DNA of 64,000 nucleotides from the human T2T-CHM13v2.0 reference genome, Homo sapiens. Positions 47,249 to 64,000 of the stretch are shown here, in pieces (position 1 is the first letter of the stretch; each line of letters begins with the position of its first letter). The notes under the pieces are model-generated. The model made no database searches and was not told the origin of the DNA. It worked only from the letters and a program-made list of their open reading frames with translations. The stretch is from the NCBI RefSeq assembly GCF_009914755.1, contig NC_060946.1; one strand, given 5' to 3'. A program made the position numbers and the translations under genes.

Positions 47249-47834
47249 CTGGGTATGTAGCTCTCTCCAGTTTTATATAGCACTAATGCTGACTGTTATA
47301 TGTGAAATTATTCTAATGCCAACTCCTATTCTGATATATTCTGCCTTATTCCTATACAAAGAGACACCTGGCACAAGGATCTCTGGTAGACACAAGCACA
47401 AAAATATTAGTTATCCCTTACATATTATCAACCTAGGGAAACAAAGCAAGGGATGGACTGGATGCTAGGATCAAGAGAGTCAGGCAAGCAGTCCAGACTA
47501 GCAGCAATGAACTGCAGGTTAGGTACTATGGGCAAAGGCTGACAGTCCAAAGGAAAGCACATGGAATATATCATTACAGTGGTCAAAGGTCAAGGCACCA
47601 AACAAGAAAATAACAATCAGGAACCCAAGAGTGGTCAAAATCCAGTCACCCAAATAAGTTGCCTGTAATGTGGGCACCTGGTACAGATCTGATACTGCAG
47701 CTTAACTATCTAAACTAGAGACTCCTAATATACTTCTTGCCACGTAATTGATCCTGGACCAGAAGGGAAAGGGTGTCTATAAAGGAAGTGACTGGAGCAA
47801 TCATTCAAATTTCAAGGGGGTCTGTGGTTTAGAA

Positions 47835-48125
47835 AGCAGTACTGTATCAATGATAATGTTCTAATTTTAATGGTGGTACTGTGGTTTTATATCAATGTTA
47901 CCAATACATACTGAAGGATTTAGGGGGTGATTGCACATCATGTCTGCAACTTACTCTCAAATAATTCAGAAAATAACAGTAATAATAATAGAAAAGAATT
48001 ATAGGACAAACATGATAAAATGTTAACAACTGGGGGATCTAGATAAAAGATACACAAAAGTCCTTTGTACTAATCTTGCAAATTTTCTCTAAATTTAACA
48101 TTTCAAAAGTAAAAATTTTAAAATA
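47835..48125 (+). mobile_element. L1MC/ME 3' end
   Basis: catcatgtctgcaacttactctcaaataattcagaaaa; ctttgtactaatcttgcaaattttct. Confidence 0.75.
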
Positions 48126-48285
48126 TACCAATAAAATGTTAAATGCTTTGACAATGAAGTATAGTATATTTTAAAAGAAATATCTAAACTGTTCAACACA
48201 AGAAATTATTTCAAAATAAGAAGGTAAAAAATAAATGACATGCTTTAGCAATAGAATACATTGCAAAAATTAACTAAACTAATAA

Positions 48286-48607
<322 letters not shown>

Positions 48608-48796
48608 CCTAACTTTAGTTCTTAGAAGCCTTGCTGGACTTCAATGAACAACAAATAATATTTCATCATTTGGAAAGAAATGGGAGAAAAAAGAAGAAAT
48701 AATATTTCCACTAAATTAAATTAAAAGGCACTCCTTCCAGAGAATTGAAATTAAGGTAATAACATAAACATTCTAGAAAGTTATATACAGGTCAAT

Positions 48797-49122
48797 TTTC
48801 TTTCTTTTTTTTTTTGTTTTTTGTTTTGTTTTTTGAGACAGGACTTCACTCTGTAGCCCAAGCCAGAGTGCAATGGCACAATCATGGCTCACTGCAACTT
48901 CGGACTCAGAGGCTCAAATGATCCTCTTGCCTCAGCCTCCCAAGTAGCTGGGACTACAGCTACATGCCACCATACCAGCTAATTTCTTTTTTAAATTATT
49001 TTTTGTAGAGATGGGGTCTGGCTTTGTTGCCTAGGCTTGTCTCAAATTTCTGTCCTCAAGCGATTCTCCTGCCTCGGCTTTCCAAAACACTGAGATTACA
49101 AGTGTGAGCCACCATGCCCAGC
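48797..49122 (-). mobile_element. AluJ (antisense)
   Basis: atcatggctcactgc; degenerate TSD acaggt...tttt. Confidence 0.9.
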
Positions 49123-49424
49123 CCACAGGTAGCTTTTTCAATATGATTATGTAAAAACAATCCTTATAACAGTCCTCTTGAAAACTGAAAACAGTATAAT
49201 ACTTCTGAAATATTAGTAAATCTCTGTAAGAAAAAAAAATCACGAAATTTAACCTGTGACTAAATTTATTCAATGACTTCAAGTGTTGCTATAACAAAAT
49301 ATAAGAAGAATGTTTCCATTTTAGTATTAGCAATACTTCAATTTCCAAAAGAGACTAATTTTATTTAAGTGTATTGGTCATCTATCTTATCACTTTAAAA
49401 ACGTTTTTGAAAAAACTGTTTCTT

Positions 49425-49724
49425 GGCCGGGTGTGGTGGCACACATCTGTAATCCCAGCATTTTGGGAGGCCGAGGCAGACAGATCACCTGAGTTCACGA
49501 GATCAAGACCAGCCTGGCCAACGTGGCGAAACCCCATCTCTACTAAAAATACAAAAATTAGCTGAGTGTGTTGGTTTGCACCTGTAATCCCAGCTACTCA
49601 GGAGGCTGAGGCAGGAGAATCTCTTGAACCCGAGAGGCAGATGTTACGGTGAGCAGAGATGGTATCACTGCACTCTAGCCTGGCTGACAGAGCAAGACTC
49701 AGTCTTAAACAGAAAAAAAAAAAA
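49425..49724 (+). mobile_element. AluS, followed by (TA)n
   Basis: Full dimer. Confidence 0.92.
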
Positions 49725-49888
49725 ATTATATATATATATATATATATATGTCTTTACCACTATTTCTGGAGTAGCTTTCATAACTTTTTATCTGAAATGC
49801 TTTTTTGAGAATATTAAAAAATATTTCTATAAAAAGACTCTGGAAACTCCTGGGATAATTTTCTCGTTTCATTAAGATAGAAAATGCT

Positions 49889-50197
49889 GGCCGGGCACAG
49901 TGGCTCACGCCTGTAATCCCAGCACTTTGGGAGGCCAAAGCAAGCAGATCATCTGAGGTCAGGAGTTCGAGACCAGCCTGGCCAACATTCTGAAACCCTG
50001 TCTCTACTAAAAATACAGAAATTAGCCGAGCATGGTGGTGGGAGCCTGTAATCCCAGCTACTCAGGAAGCTGAGGCAGGAGAACTGCTTGAACCCGGGAG
50101 GCAGAGGTTGCAGTGAGCTGAGATCGTGCCACTTGCACTCCAGCCTGGGCAACAGAGCAAGACTCCAGCTCAAAAAAAAGAAAGAAAGAAAACAAAA
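49889..50197 (+). mobile_element. AluS
   Basis: TSD agaaaatgct. Confidence 0.95.
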
Positions 50198-51249
50198 AGA
50201 AAATGCTGCCAAATCTTTATTACAGGAGACAAGACTAGTAGAAACCTTTAAAAGTTGTGTCCTGATACATTTTATATATCACCCACAAAGCGCCTATCTA
50301 CATTTTAATCAATGTCACTGTCAAGTATATATGACAACAAAACTCTCACTTCATTTTAAAAAATGCATCCACACTCCTTAGTGATAAACATACCATCTAA
50401 GAGTTGGAAATGAAATTTATTACTTAACATATGTTTATAACTTAGTCATTAGAAAGAAACATTCTTAAAACAAATTAGGACAAACCTGAGAACATAAATA
50501 ATTGAGCTCCTATTTTCTGAATTTCCTTCACAGCATGATTTCTCTTCTTGCCAGGCTTCCTGAATCACTTCCTAAGGACACAGCATCCATCTTAAAGTAG
50601 TTGTTTCTATCCCACAAAAGCCTGGTTTCCAAGGAGATGCTATGGACTGTAACATTACTTTAGGCTAACATTTATGAGAAAAATCCCTTTTGGCAAAAAC
50701 TCTTAGATAAGAAATTCTCCTCTTAGATCAACAATAGTAAAATAAAAACTTAATGTACAAATAAGTAAACAATGACCAGTGGCCTTAAGAGAGTCATTTC
50801 AATACCTAATAGAAAAGTTACCAATCAAACGGTGGCAGCTAGAAAACATACTTTTGTTTGTAGTTTTTTCTTGAATAACAAAGAAACAAACACTTCTTTG
50901 TGCCCTCTAACATGTACCCAAGAAGAGACAGAAACCTTTCAATCACTTTTTTATCTCATCTCTTATAACAGCACACTCAGTAAAAGGGGATGATTTTCCC
51001 CAACACAGAAGGACAGTCCTTTGATGAAAGGTATAGAAGTAACTGCACTTCCCCTGCTAGAACCACCAAACAAGGGCTAATCTCATATTATAGATTTTTA
51101 TCTTCTTTTTAAGTAAAAACTAAAAAACGTTAAATTGGTATATTCATAATATGAAATACTATGAAGCTGTTAAAAGTAAATTATGTGTAAATTGCCAGAG
51201 AAAAATAAGCACATTGCAAATCTAACATTTAAAAAGTATCCCTTTTTAG

Positions 51250-51815
<566 letters not shown>

Positions 51816-52328
51816 AATTGTCAATTTTTTAATTGTTCTAAGTATCTCTTTTCTTTAAAAAGTATGTAGGGGTATGTCTGTGAGTACATGTGTTTATGTG
51901 TATAAAGTTACAGATATATTGTAAAAGGTCTCAAAAAATATTCAAACTGAATAAAAATAGTTAACTCTAGGGACTGGAATGGGGAATGGGGTGAGCAACA
52001 GACATGAGGGAAATATAATTTTTATTGTTTGAAATTTTTCCAAAAGTAACTTTGAGTTACTTTTGTAATTTTAAAAATTTATATGTGTGTGTATGTATAT
52101 ACATGCAATGTACAGACTGACCAAAAAGACCTGAGCATAGATTCAAACGCATACAAATTATAAGCCTGTCATAAAATCATGTCTTTAACACATATAAAAT
52201 AATGGACTATATAATAACAACAAACCATTTATTGCCAAAGATAAACAGGTAATAACAATTGTTCTGGTAATGAAATCCATAACATGAAAAGAAGTGCCCA
52301 TTGCCTTTGATGGATTTAGTTCATGGTG

Positions 52329-52800
52329 GTGACAGGTAGCTACTCCAAAATGTCGCACCTAGGCATATCAAGTATTTTAAGCTGAAGTAATTTGAGAAAT
52401 GGTAAGTGCTGGAAGAACTCTCTGACCTTCCTCTGAAGCAGCTCATAAGACCCTCCTTAAACCTGATGGAAAGGAATATCCTTCTCTGTGAAGACAGAGG
52501 GATACTGAGAAGAGCCCAAACAGGCCTTGATAAGTTTCTCCCCAGTTTATTACCTCTAGCTCATACCTGCATCGTCCTGTCACATTTTTTCACAACTTTC
52601 CACTCCTTATCAAACCTAGCATAAAAATGCTCAAGCTTAACTATTTATTTGGGTTTTCATTTCCTTATGAAGGCTCTCATGTCATGTAAAACTTGGGTTA
52701 AATACACTTATATGTTTTTATCTTGCTAATCTCATTTGTCATAGGGGCCGTACTTGAGAACTTGGAAGTGTAGAAGTAAATGTATTTTTTCTCTCCCATA
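52329..52800 (+). mobile_element. MER39/MER34-like ERV1 solo LTR
   Basis: ccaaaatgtcgcacctaggcat...tattttaagctgaagtaatttgagaa...gtcatgtaaaactt. Confidence 0.7.
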
Positions 52801-53019
52801 GTTAGAATATAAACTTTTGCTTAAATTTAAAGAAAGCATCACTTTTTTACATATGAAAAAATTCCCTCTCCTGATTATCATTCCATCTATACAAAGCTGA
52901 AAAACTGAATTTTCATCTCCTTAAAAACAAGACTAAAATTATGCAAATAATTACATAAGACAATTTTATTGTAAATATTTATTCTGAATACAGTGTTTGA
53001 CTCATAACTGATTTTTTTA

Positions 53020-53200
53020 ATGTCACAAAACAGCATGCACAGATGTTAAGACTTTTGGAATAGGTAAGTAGAGGTTCTAATTCTGATTTTTTTCCTCACT
53101 CTGTAACTCTGGGCGAACTACTTAAATCTCCCTGAATCTTACTTTACCTTTAAAATACAGATAGTACCACCTATAGCAGATGATTGTTATGAGGATCTGC
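53020..53200 (+). mobile_element. MIR
   Basis: ctgtaactctgggcgaactacttaaatctccctgaatct. Confidence 0.7.
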
Positions 53201-53389
53201 CTTTCACTCATCAAGTTCACTAAGTCTTTACAAAGCATATCCCAAATCCCTCAGGTTCTCTCTATTTCTACCACCACTACTCTAGTCCAAGTTAGCTTCA
53301 TCATTAGCCTCCCTGCTTCTGCTTTCACTCTCCTACTTTCCATTTCCCTCACAGTGGTTGTTTATACTTTCCCATAAATTAAACTGTGG

Positions 53390-54704
53390 AAAAACACTTC
53401 CAAAATGGCAGAGTAAAGCCTTCCAAAAATCTGCTCTTCCACAAAAGCAATGAGAACACTAACAGAACTTGTCAAAATCAACTTTTTCAAGATTTTGGAA
53501 ATTAACCAACAAACTGTACCAACACAAGAAGTGTTTCTTCAAAAGAAACAGCTGAGTCTCAGTAAAAGCAGCAAGCTTTGTGGGGTTTTTAACTTGCACT
53601 ATTTCTATCCCTTTTTCCTCACCTATGTGATCGACTTGAAAACCAGCAGCCTTCTCACCAAAATGGGTATGAAAACCAAAAGCTTAGGAGTAAACAGAGG
53701 GGTCAAAATTGTTTGGACCTCTTCAAAATACCCCACCCCCAGAAAATTACCACTATTTGACCTGTCTGGCAGCTTCCTAGAGAAGTTCCATTCACAAGAC
53801 TGTATTCGGCCTAACTCAGAGGTAGCTGTGTGAACAACCCTCTTCACAGGGCATCTGTCAAATAAAATCAGTGGCAACTGCTTAACATCACAACTGCCTG
53901 ATGCAGCAATACATATCAGGTAAACAAGAGTTTAATTAAAAACTTTAAAAGAAAAATCTGGATAATGAGATGTCCCTAGGGAGCTTTTAAAACTCCAAAA
54001 TATCCCTCGGAATCTAAAAATGTGCAGTACTGTGTGCATTCCCAAGAAGGACCTAAGAAGCTCCTAATCTCTCATCTGGCTGTCCTTGAGGTTCTACATA
54101 AATGGGAAGTGAAGGCTAAGAGTTGTAATCTACCAGAGTGCTGAAGGTGTGCCCAAACACACACAGGGAACTGTTTGGCAAAGGCTGAGAAACTTAGTAG
54201 TTCAAGGCATTTAAGGAATCTCTATCAAGCTGAGGACTACGCTACCTGAGCAGACTTCAGTAGATACACATGACAAAGAATAGAGATTTTAAAGAGTTAG
54301 TTTAGGAAAGTCACTAACACACAAAAGCCAATAACAACAACAACAAACTCTGGGAGAGGGGGAGAGCTGATTTCCAAAGTTGCCACATTATATTACCTAA
54401 AATGTCCAGTTTTCAACCAAAAAAAAGATGAAACACAAATAGAAACAGGAAAGTACTGCCCATACACTGGGGGAAAAAAAGCAGTAATAGAAACTGTTCA
54501 TGATAAGAAAATCAAGATACTGGACTTACTAGACGAAGATACTAAATTAGCCATTAAAAACATTGTCAATGGAAACTATGTCTAAAGAATTAAGGGAAAA
54601 CGTGAGCAATATCTTACCAAATGGAGAATATCAATAAAAAGAAAGTATGTTTTTTGAAAAACCAAATAATTCCAGAATTAAAAAATACATAATAAAAAAT
54701 TCAC
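53390..54704 (+). mobile_element. Old L1M 5' UTR + ORF1 start; resumes at 61380-61445 after the L1PA7 insertion
   Basis: cttccaaaatggcagagtaa...gtcaaaatcaactttttc; gatactggacttactagac; continues aaaaaattcactagagggactcaaaagcaga. Confidence 0.75.
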
Positions 54705-56033
54705 AGGGATTGCTGGCAAGATGGCCAAATAGGAACAGCTACGGTCTGCAGCTCTTAGCAAGATCGATGCAGAAGGCAGGTGATTTCTGCATTTCCAACT
54801 GAGGTACCTGGTTCATCTCATTAGGACTCGTTGGACAGTGGGTGCAGCCCACAGAGGGCAAGCTGAAGCAGGGTGAGGCGTCGCCTTACCCGGGAAGCAC
54901 AAGGGGTCGGGGAATTCCCTGCCCTAGCCAAGAGAAGCCATGAGGGGCTGTGAACAGTGGACTCCGGCCCAGATACTGCACTTTCCTCATGGTCTTTGCA
55001 ACCCACAGACTGGGAGATTCCTTCCGATGCCTATGCCACCAGGGCCCTGGGTTTCGAGCACAAAACTGGGTGGCCATTTGGACAGACACCGAGCTAGCTG
55101 CAGGAGTTTGTTTGTTTTTTTTTTTCCATATCCCAGTGGCGCCTGGAATGCCAGTGAGACAGAACCATTCACTCCCCCTGGAAAGGAGGCTGAAGCCAGG
55201 CAGCCAAGTGGTCTGGCTTGGTGGGTTCCACCCACACGGAGCCCAGCAAGTTAAAATCTACTGACTTGAAATTCTCACTGCCAGCACAGCAGTCTGAGGT
55301 CGACCTGGGACACTCAAGCTTGGTGGGGAGACAGGTGTCCACCTTTGCTGAGGCTTGAGAAGGCAGTTTTACCCTCACAGTGTAAACAAAGCCACCAGGA
55401 AGTTCAAACTCGGTATAGCCCACCACAGCTCAGCAAGGCCACTGTGGCCAGACTGCCTCTCTAGATTCCTCCTCTCTGGGCGGGGCATCTCTGAAAAAAA
55501 GGCAGCAGCCCCAGTCAAGGGCTTATAGATAAAACCCCCATCTTCCTGGGACAAAGCATGTGGGGGAAGGTGTGGCCATGGGTGCAGCTTCAGCAGACTT
55601 AAACGTCCCTGCCTGACAGCTCTCAAGAGAGCAGCAGATCTCCCAGCACAGCATTCAAGCTCGGCTACAGGTCAGACTGCCTCCTCAAGTCCGTCCCTGA
55701 CTCCCATGTGTCCTGACTGGGAGATACCTCCCAGTAGAGGCCAACAGACACCTCATACAGGAAAGCTCTAGCTGGCATCTGGCGGGTGCCCCTCTGGAAA
55801 GAAGCTTCCAGAGGAAGGAACAGGCAGCAATCTTTGCCGTTCTGCAGCTTCTGCTGGTGATACTCAGGCAAACAGGGTCTAAAGTGGACCTCCAGCAAAC
55901 TCCAACAGACCTGCAGCAGAGGGGCCTGACTGTTAGAAGGAAAACAAACAGAGAGGAATAGCATCAACATCAACAAAAAAGGACGTCCACTTGGAGACAC
56001 CATCAAAGACCAAAGGTAGATAAATCCATGAAG

Positions 56034-57348
56034 ATGGGGAGAAACCAGCACAAAAAGGCTGAAAATTCCAAAAACCAGAACGCCTCTTCTCCTCCAAAGG
56101 ATCACAACTCCTCACCAGCAAGGGAACAAAACTGGACAGAGAATGAGTTTGACAAATTGACAGAAGTAGGCTTCAGAAGGTGGGTAATAACAAACTCCTT
56201 CAAGCCAAAGGATCATTTTCAAACCCAATGCAAGGAAGCTAAGAACCTTGAAAAAAGGTCAGACAAATTGCCAACTAGAATAACCAGCTTAGAGAAGAAC
56301 ATAAATGACCTGATGAAGCAGAAAAACACAGCATGAGAACTTCATGAAGCATACACAAGTATCAATAGCTGAATCGATCAAGCGGAAGAAAAAATATCAG
56401 AGATGGAAGATCAACTTAATGAAATAAAGTGAGAAGACAAGATTAGAGAAAAAAGAAGGAAAAGGAACGAACAAAGCCTCCAAGAAATATGGGACTATGT
56501 GAAAAGACCAAATCTATGTTTGATTGTTGTACCTGAAAGTGATGAGGAAAATGGAACCAAGTTGGAAAACACTCTTCAGGATATTATCCAAGAGAACTTC
56601 CCCAACCCAGACCAACATTCAAATTCAGGAAATACAGAGAACACCACTAAGACACTGCTCGAGAAGAGCAACCCCAAGACACATAATCGTCAGATTTACC
56701 AAGGTTGAAATGAAGGAAAAAATGTTAAGGGCAGCCAGAGAGAAAGGTCAGGTTACCCACAATGGGAAGCCCATCAGACTAACGGCAGATCTCTCTGCAG
56801 AAACCCTACAAGCCAGAACAGAGTGGGGGCCAATATTCAACATTCTTAAAGAAAAGAATTTTCAACCCATAATTTCATATCCAGCCAAACTAAGCTTCAT
56901 AGGTGAAGGAGAAATAAAAGCCTTTTTTTTTTTTTTAATTTTTTTTTTTTTTTATTATACTCTAAGTTTTAGGGTACATGTGCACATTGTGCAGGTTAGT
57001 TACATATGTATACATATGCCATGCTGGTGCGCTGCACCCACTAACATGTCATCTAGCATTAGGTATATCTCCCAATGCTATCCCTCCCCCCTCCCCCGAC
57101 CCCACCACAGTCCCCAGAGTGTGATATTCCCCTTCCTGTGTCCATGTGATCTCATTGTTCAATTCCCACCTATGAGTGAGAATATGCGGTGTTTGGTTTT
57201 TTGTTCTTGCGATAGTTTACTGAGAATGATGGTTTCCAATTTCATCCATGTCCCTACAAAGGACATGAACTCATCATTTTAGACAAGCAAATGCAAGAGA
57301 TTTTGTCACCAGCAGGCCTGCCTTACAAGAGCTCCTGAAGGAAGCACT
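56034..57348 (+). pseudogene. L1 ORF1 (disrupted)
   Basis: MGRNQHKKAENSKNQNASSPPKD...; RATPRHIIVRFTKVEMKEKMLRAAREKG; stops, a frameshift, the L1HS insertion and a 3' deletion. Confidence 0.92.
56923..57280 (-). mobile_element. 5'-truncated L1HS (pre-Ta-type) 3' fragment, antisense within the L1PA7 ORF1
   Basis: Reverse complement reads attggaaaccatcattctcagtaaactatcgcaag...gtggggtcggggg...gatgacATGttag...acttaGagtataat(A)n; near-identical to the L1HS consensus. Confidence 0.9.
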
Positions 57349-57386
57349 GCATCAACTAACGGGCAAAATAACCAGATAGCATCATA

Positions 57387-61175
<3,789 letters not shown>

Positions 61176-61579
61176 AATGGAACACATGGTCACAGGGAGG
61201 GAAACATCACACATCGGGGCCTGTAGGGGGGTGGGGGGCTAGGGGAAGGATAGCATTAGGAGAAATACCTTATCTTGATGACAAGTTGATTGGGTGCAGC
61301 AAACCACCATGGGATGTGTATACCTATGTAACAAACCTGCACATTCTGCACATGTACCCCAGAGCTTAAAGTGTAATTTTAAAAAATTCACTAGAGGGAC
61401 TCAAAAGCAGACTTGAATTAGAGAAAAAAATCAGTAAATTGCAATCTCAGACTCTGGTTTATATTATAGGAAACTAAAATTGAATAGTCTCTGCAACATC
61501 ATTTGGACATATCGGTGTTAGAACTTGAAAGAGAATTCTGGATTCTTGAGTTCTTAAACAATGGACTCCTTTGTCCAGG

Positions 61580-61835
61580 GAAGTAGTATGGTATAGTAAT
61601 TAACGACAAAGTCTTCAGAATCACATCAACCTGGGTTTAAGTCCAAATCTTCCAGTTACTAACTAGATGTCCTAGACAAGTATACAATCTCCCACTAAGT
61701 ATAAATGTTCTCTTTTATAAAGTAGTGATAAAAATGATATCTACCTCACAAGATTATTGTGAGTATAAAATTGGTATTGCAAATAGAAGGATTTGAACTA
61801 GCTTGTCATAATAAGCATTCAATAAGAGCTATTAT
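61580..61835 (+). mobile_element. MIR
   Basis: cctgggtttaagtcc...cagttactaacta...ctacctcacaagattattgtgag. Confidence 0.75.
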
Positions 61836-62004
61836 ATTTTATTACTATTATAATACTAGGTAAACCAAAGGGAAACATGAGGTCAAGATATGTTTAAACA
61901 TTTTTTCTTAGTGTGACACTGTCATCAGATATAATACTTGACAGATAAAGTATAATATTCTGTATTCAGGTATTATACCTGATGATAGAATTCTGTCATC
62001 ACAG

Positions 62005-62311
<307 letters not shown>

Positions 62312-62649
62312 TCAGTGAACAAGAATACAAGAAAAGCTTTAAATCCATGCAGAAAGAGGAGGTATTTTATCATGTACTTTAAAATTAATAGGAGAGTCCC
62401 ACTATGAAATCCTCCTTTATGTAGTGTTATACCATATGAAAATTCACCATTCCTTTGGGTTCTTTTCCACTGACCCTTGAAGATATCCTTGAAGAACATA
62501 ACCATTTCTGTAACTCATTATTCACACTAAAGTAATAATAACTACTTTGCAACTGACTTATCTGAAAAGAGGGGATTCAAGAAAATTCCAAAACAGAAAG
62601 ATAAAGGATAAAAAGGTAAATTAAAGTAGATATAATTAAAAAGGGATAT

Positions 62650-62940
62650 GAGACAGGTCTTGGTGGCTCACGCCTGTAATCCCAGCACTTTGGGAGGCCA
62701 AGGCAGGAGGATCACTTGAGCCCCAGTGTTCAAGACCATGGGTAACACAGGGAGAACTTTTTTTGAAAAAAAAAAAAAAATTAAGTTAGCCAGGTGTGGT
62801 CCTGTGTGCTAACAATTAGCACACACTGTAGTCCCAGCTACTGTGGAGAATCCTTTGAGCCTGGGAGTTTCAGGCTGCAGTGACCACTGCACTCCAGCCT
62901 GGCTGACAGAGTGAGACCCTATCTCAAGAAAAGAAATAAA
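62650..62940 (+). mobile_element. AluJ (rearranged)
   Basis: Dimer with small deletions and a palindromic insert. Confidence 0.85.
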
Positions 62941-63014
62941 GGGGGCATATGATATGGTCTACGAATGAAGGTACATGAATATGTACCTTAATATGCATAT
63001 GAACTGACAAAGAA

Positions 63015-63797
<783 letters not shown>

Positions 63798-63832
63798 GTG
63801 CAAACCAAAAATACATCTAAATGAAAAAACCA

Positions 63833-64000
63833 GGCCGGGTGCAGTGGCTCACGCCTGTAATCCAAGCACTTTGGGAGGCTGAGGCAGGTGGATCACCTGA
63901 GGTTAGGAGCTTGAAACCAGCCTGGCCAACATAGTGAAACCCTGTCTTTACTAAAAATATAAAAATTAGCCGGGCGTGGTAGCGCATGCCTGTAATCCCA
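63833..64000 (+). mobile_element. AluS (cut by the window end)
   Basis: Left arm, linker and start of right arm. Confidence 0.93.

Noticed and set aside
56524-57282. Longest ORF in the track (252 aa)
   Set aside because: Chimera of an L1PA7 ORF1 fragment reading through poly-T into the antisense L1HS insert; not a gene

Overview
Primate (most likely human) AT-rich, CpG-poor non-coding DNA made almost entirely of interspersed repeats. It holds roughly 45 Alu elements or fragments and L1s of many ages (old L1M, L1MB, L1MA, L1PB, L1PA15/16-like, and a full-length degenerate L1PA7-like element). It also has L2, MIR, solo LTRs (MLT1, MST, MER31-, MER39- and LTR33-like), DNA-transposon fossils (MER1A, MER2, MER3) and microsatellites. 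I recognise no protein-coding exon, RNA gene or CpG-island promoter. The long ORFs in the track are Alu or L1 read-throughs, and the short ones in unique DNA look like chance ORFs. The excess of + strand L1/Alu and A-tracts suggests an intron of a minus-strand gene (inference). Most notable: (1) a 358-bp human-specific, pre-Ta-type L1HS 3' fragment nested antisense in the L1PA7, which is itself nested in an old L1M; (2) an apparent L1 3' transduction at 31.3-31.9 kb bracketed by a 19-bp TSD; (3) three CTCF-like motifs in divergent orientation at 40-46 kb; (4) a triple inverted-repeat/hairpin at 61.9-62.3 kb split by an Alu; (5) a trimeric Alu inside one TSD pair; (6) a target site reused by two Alus. 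I cannot support a claim of a wholly new biological system. Subfamily calls come from remembered consensus diagnostics, not RepeatMasker, and coordinates of old repeats are approximate.
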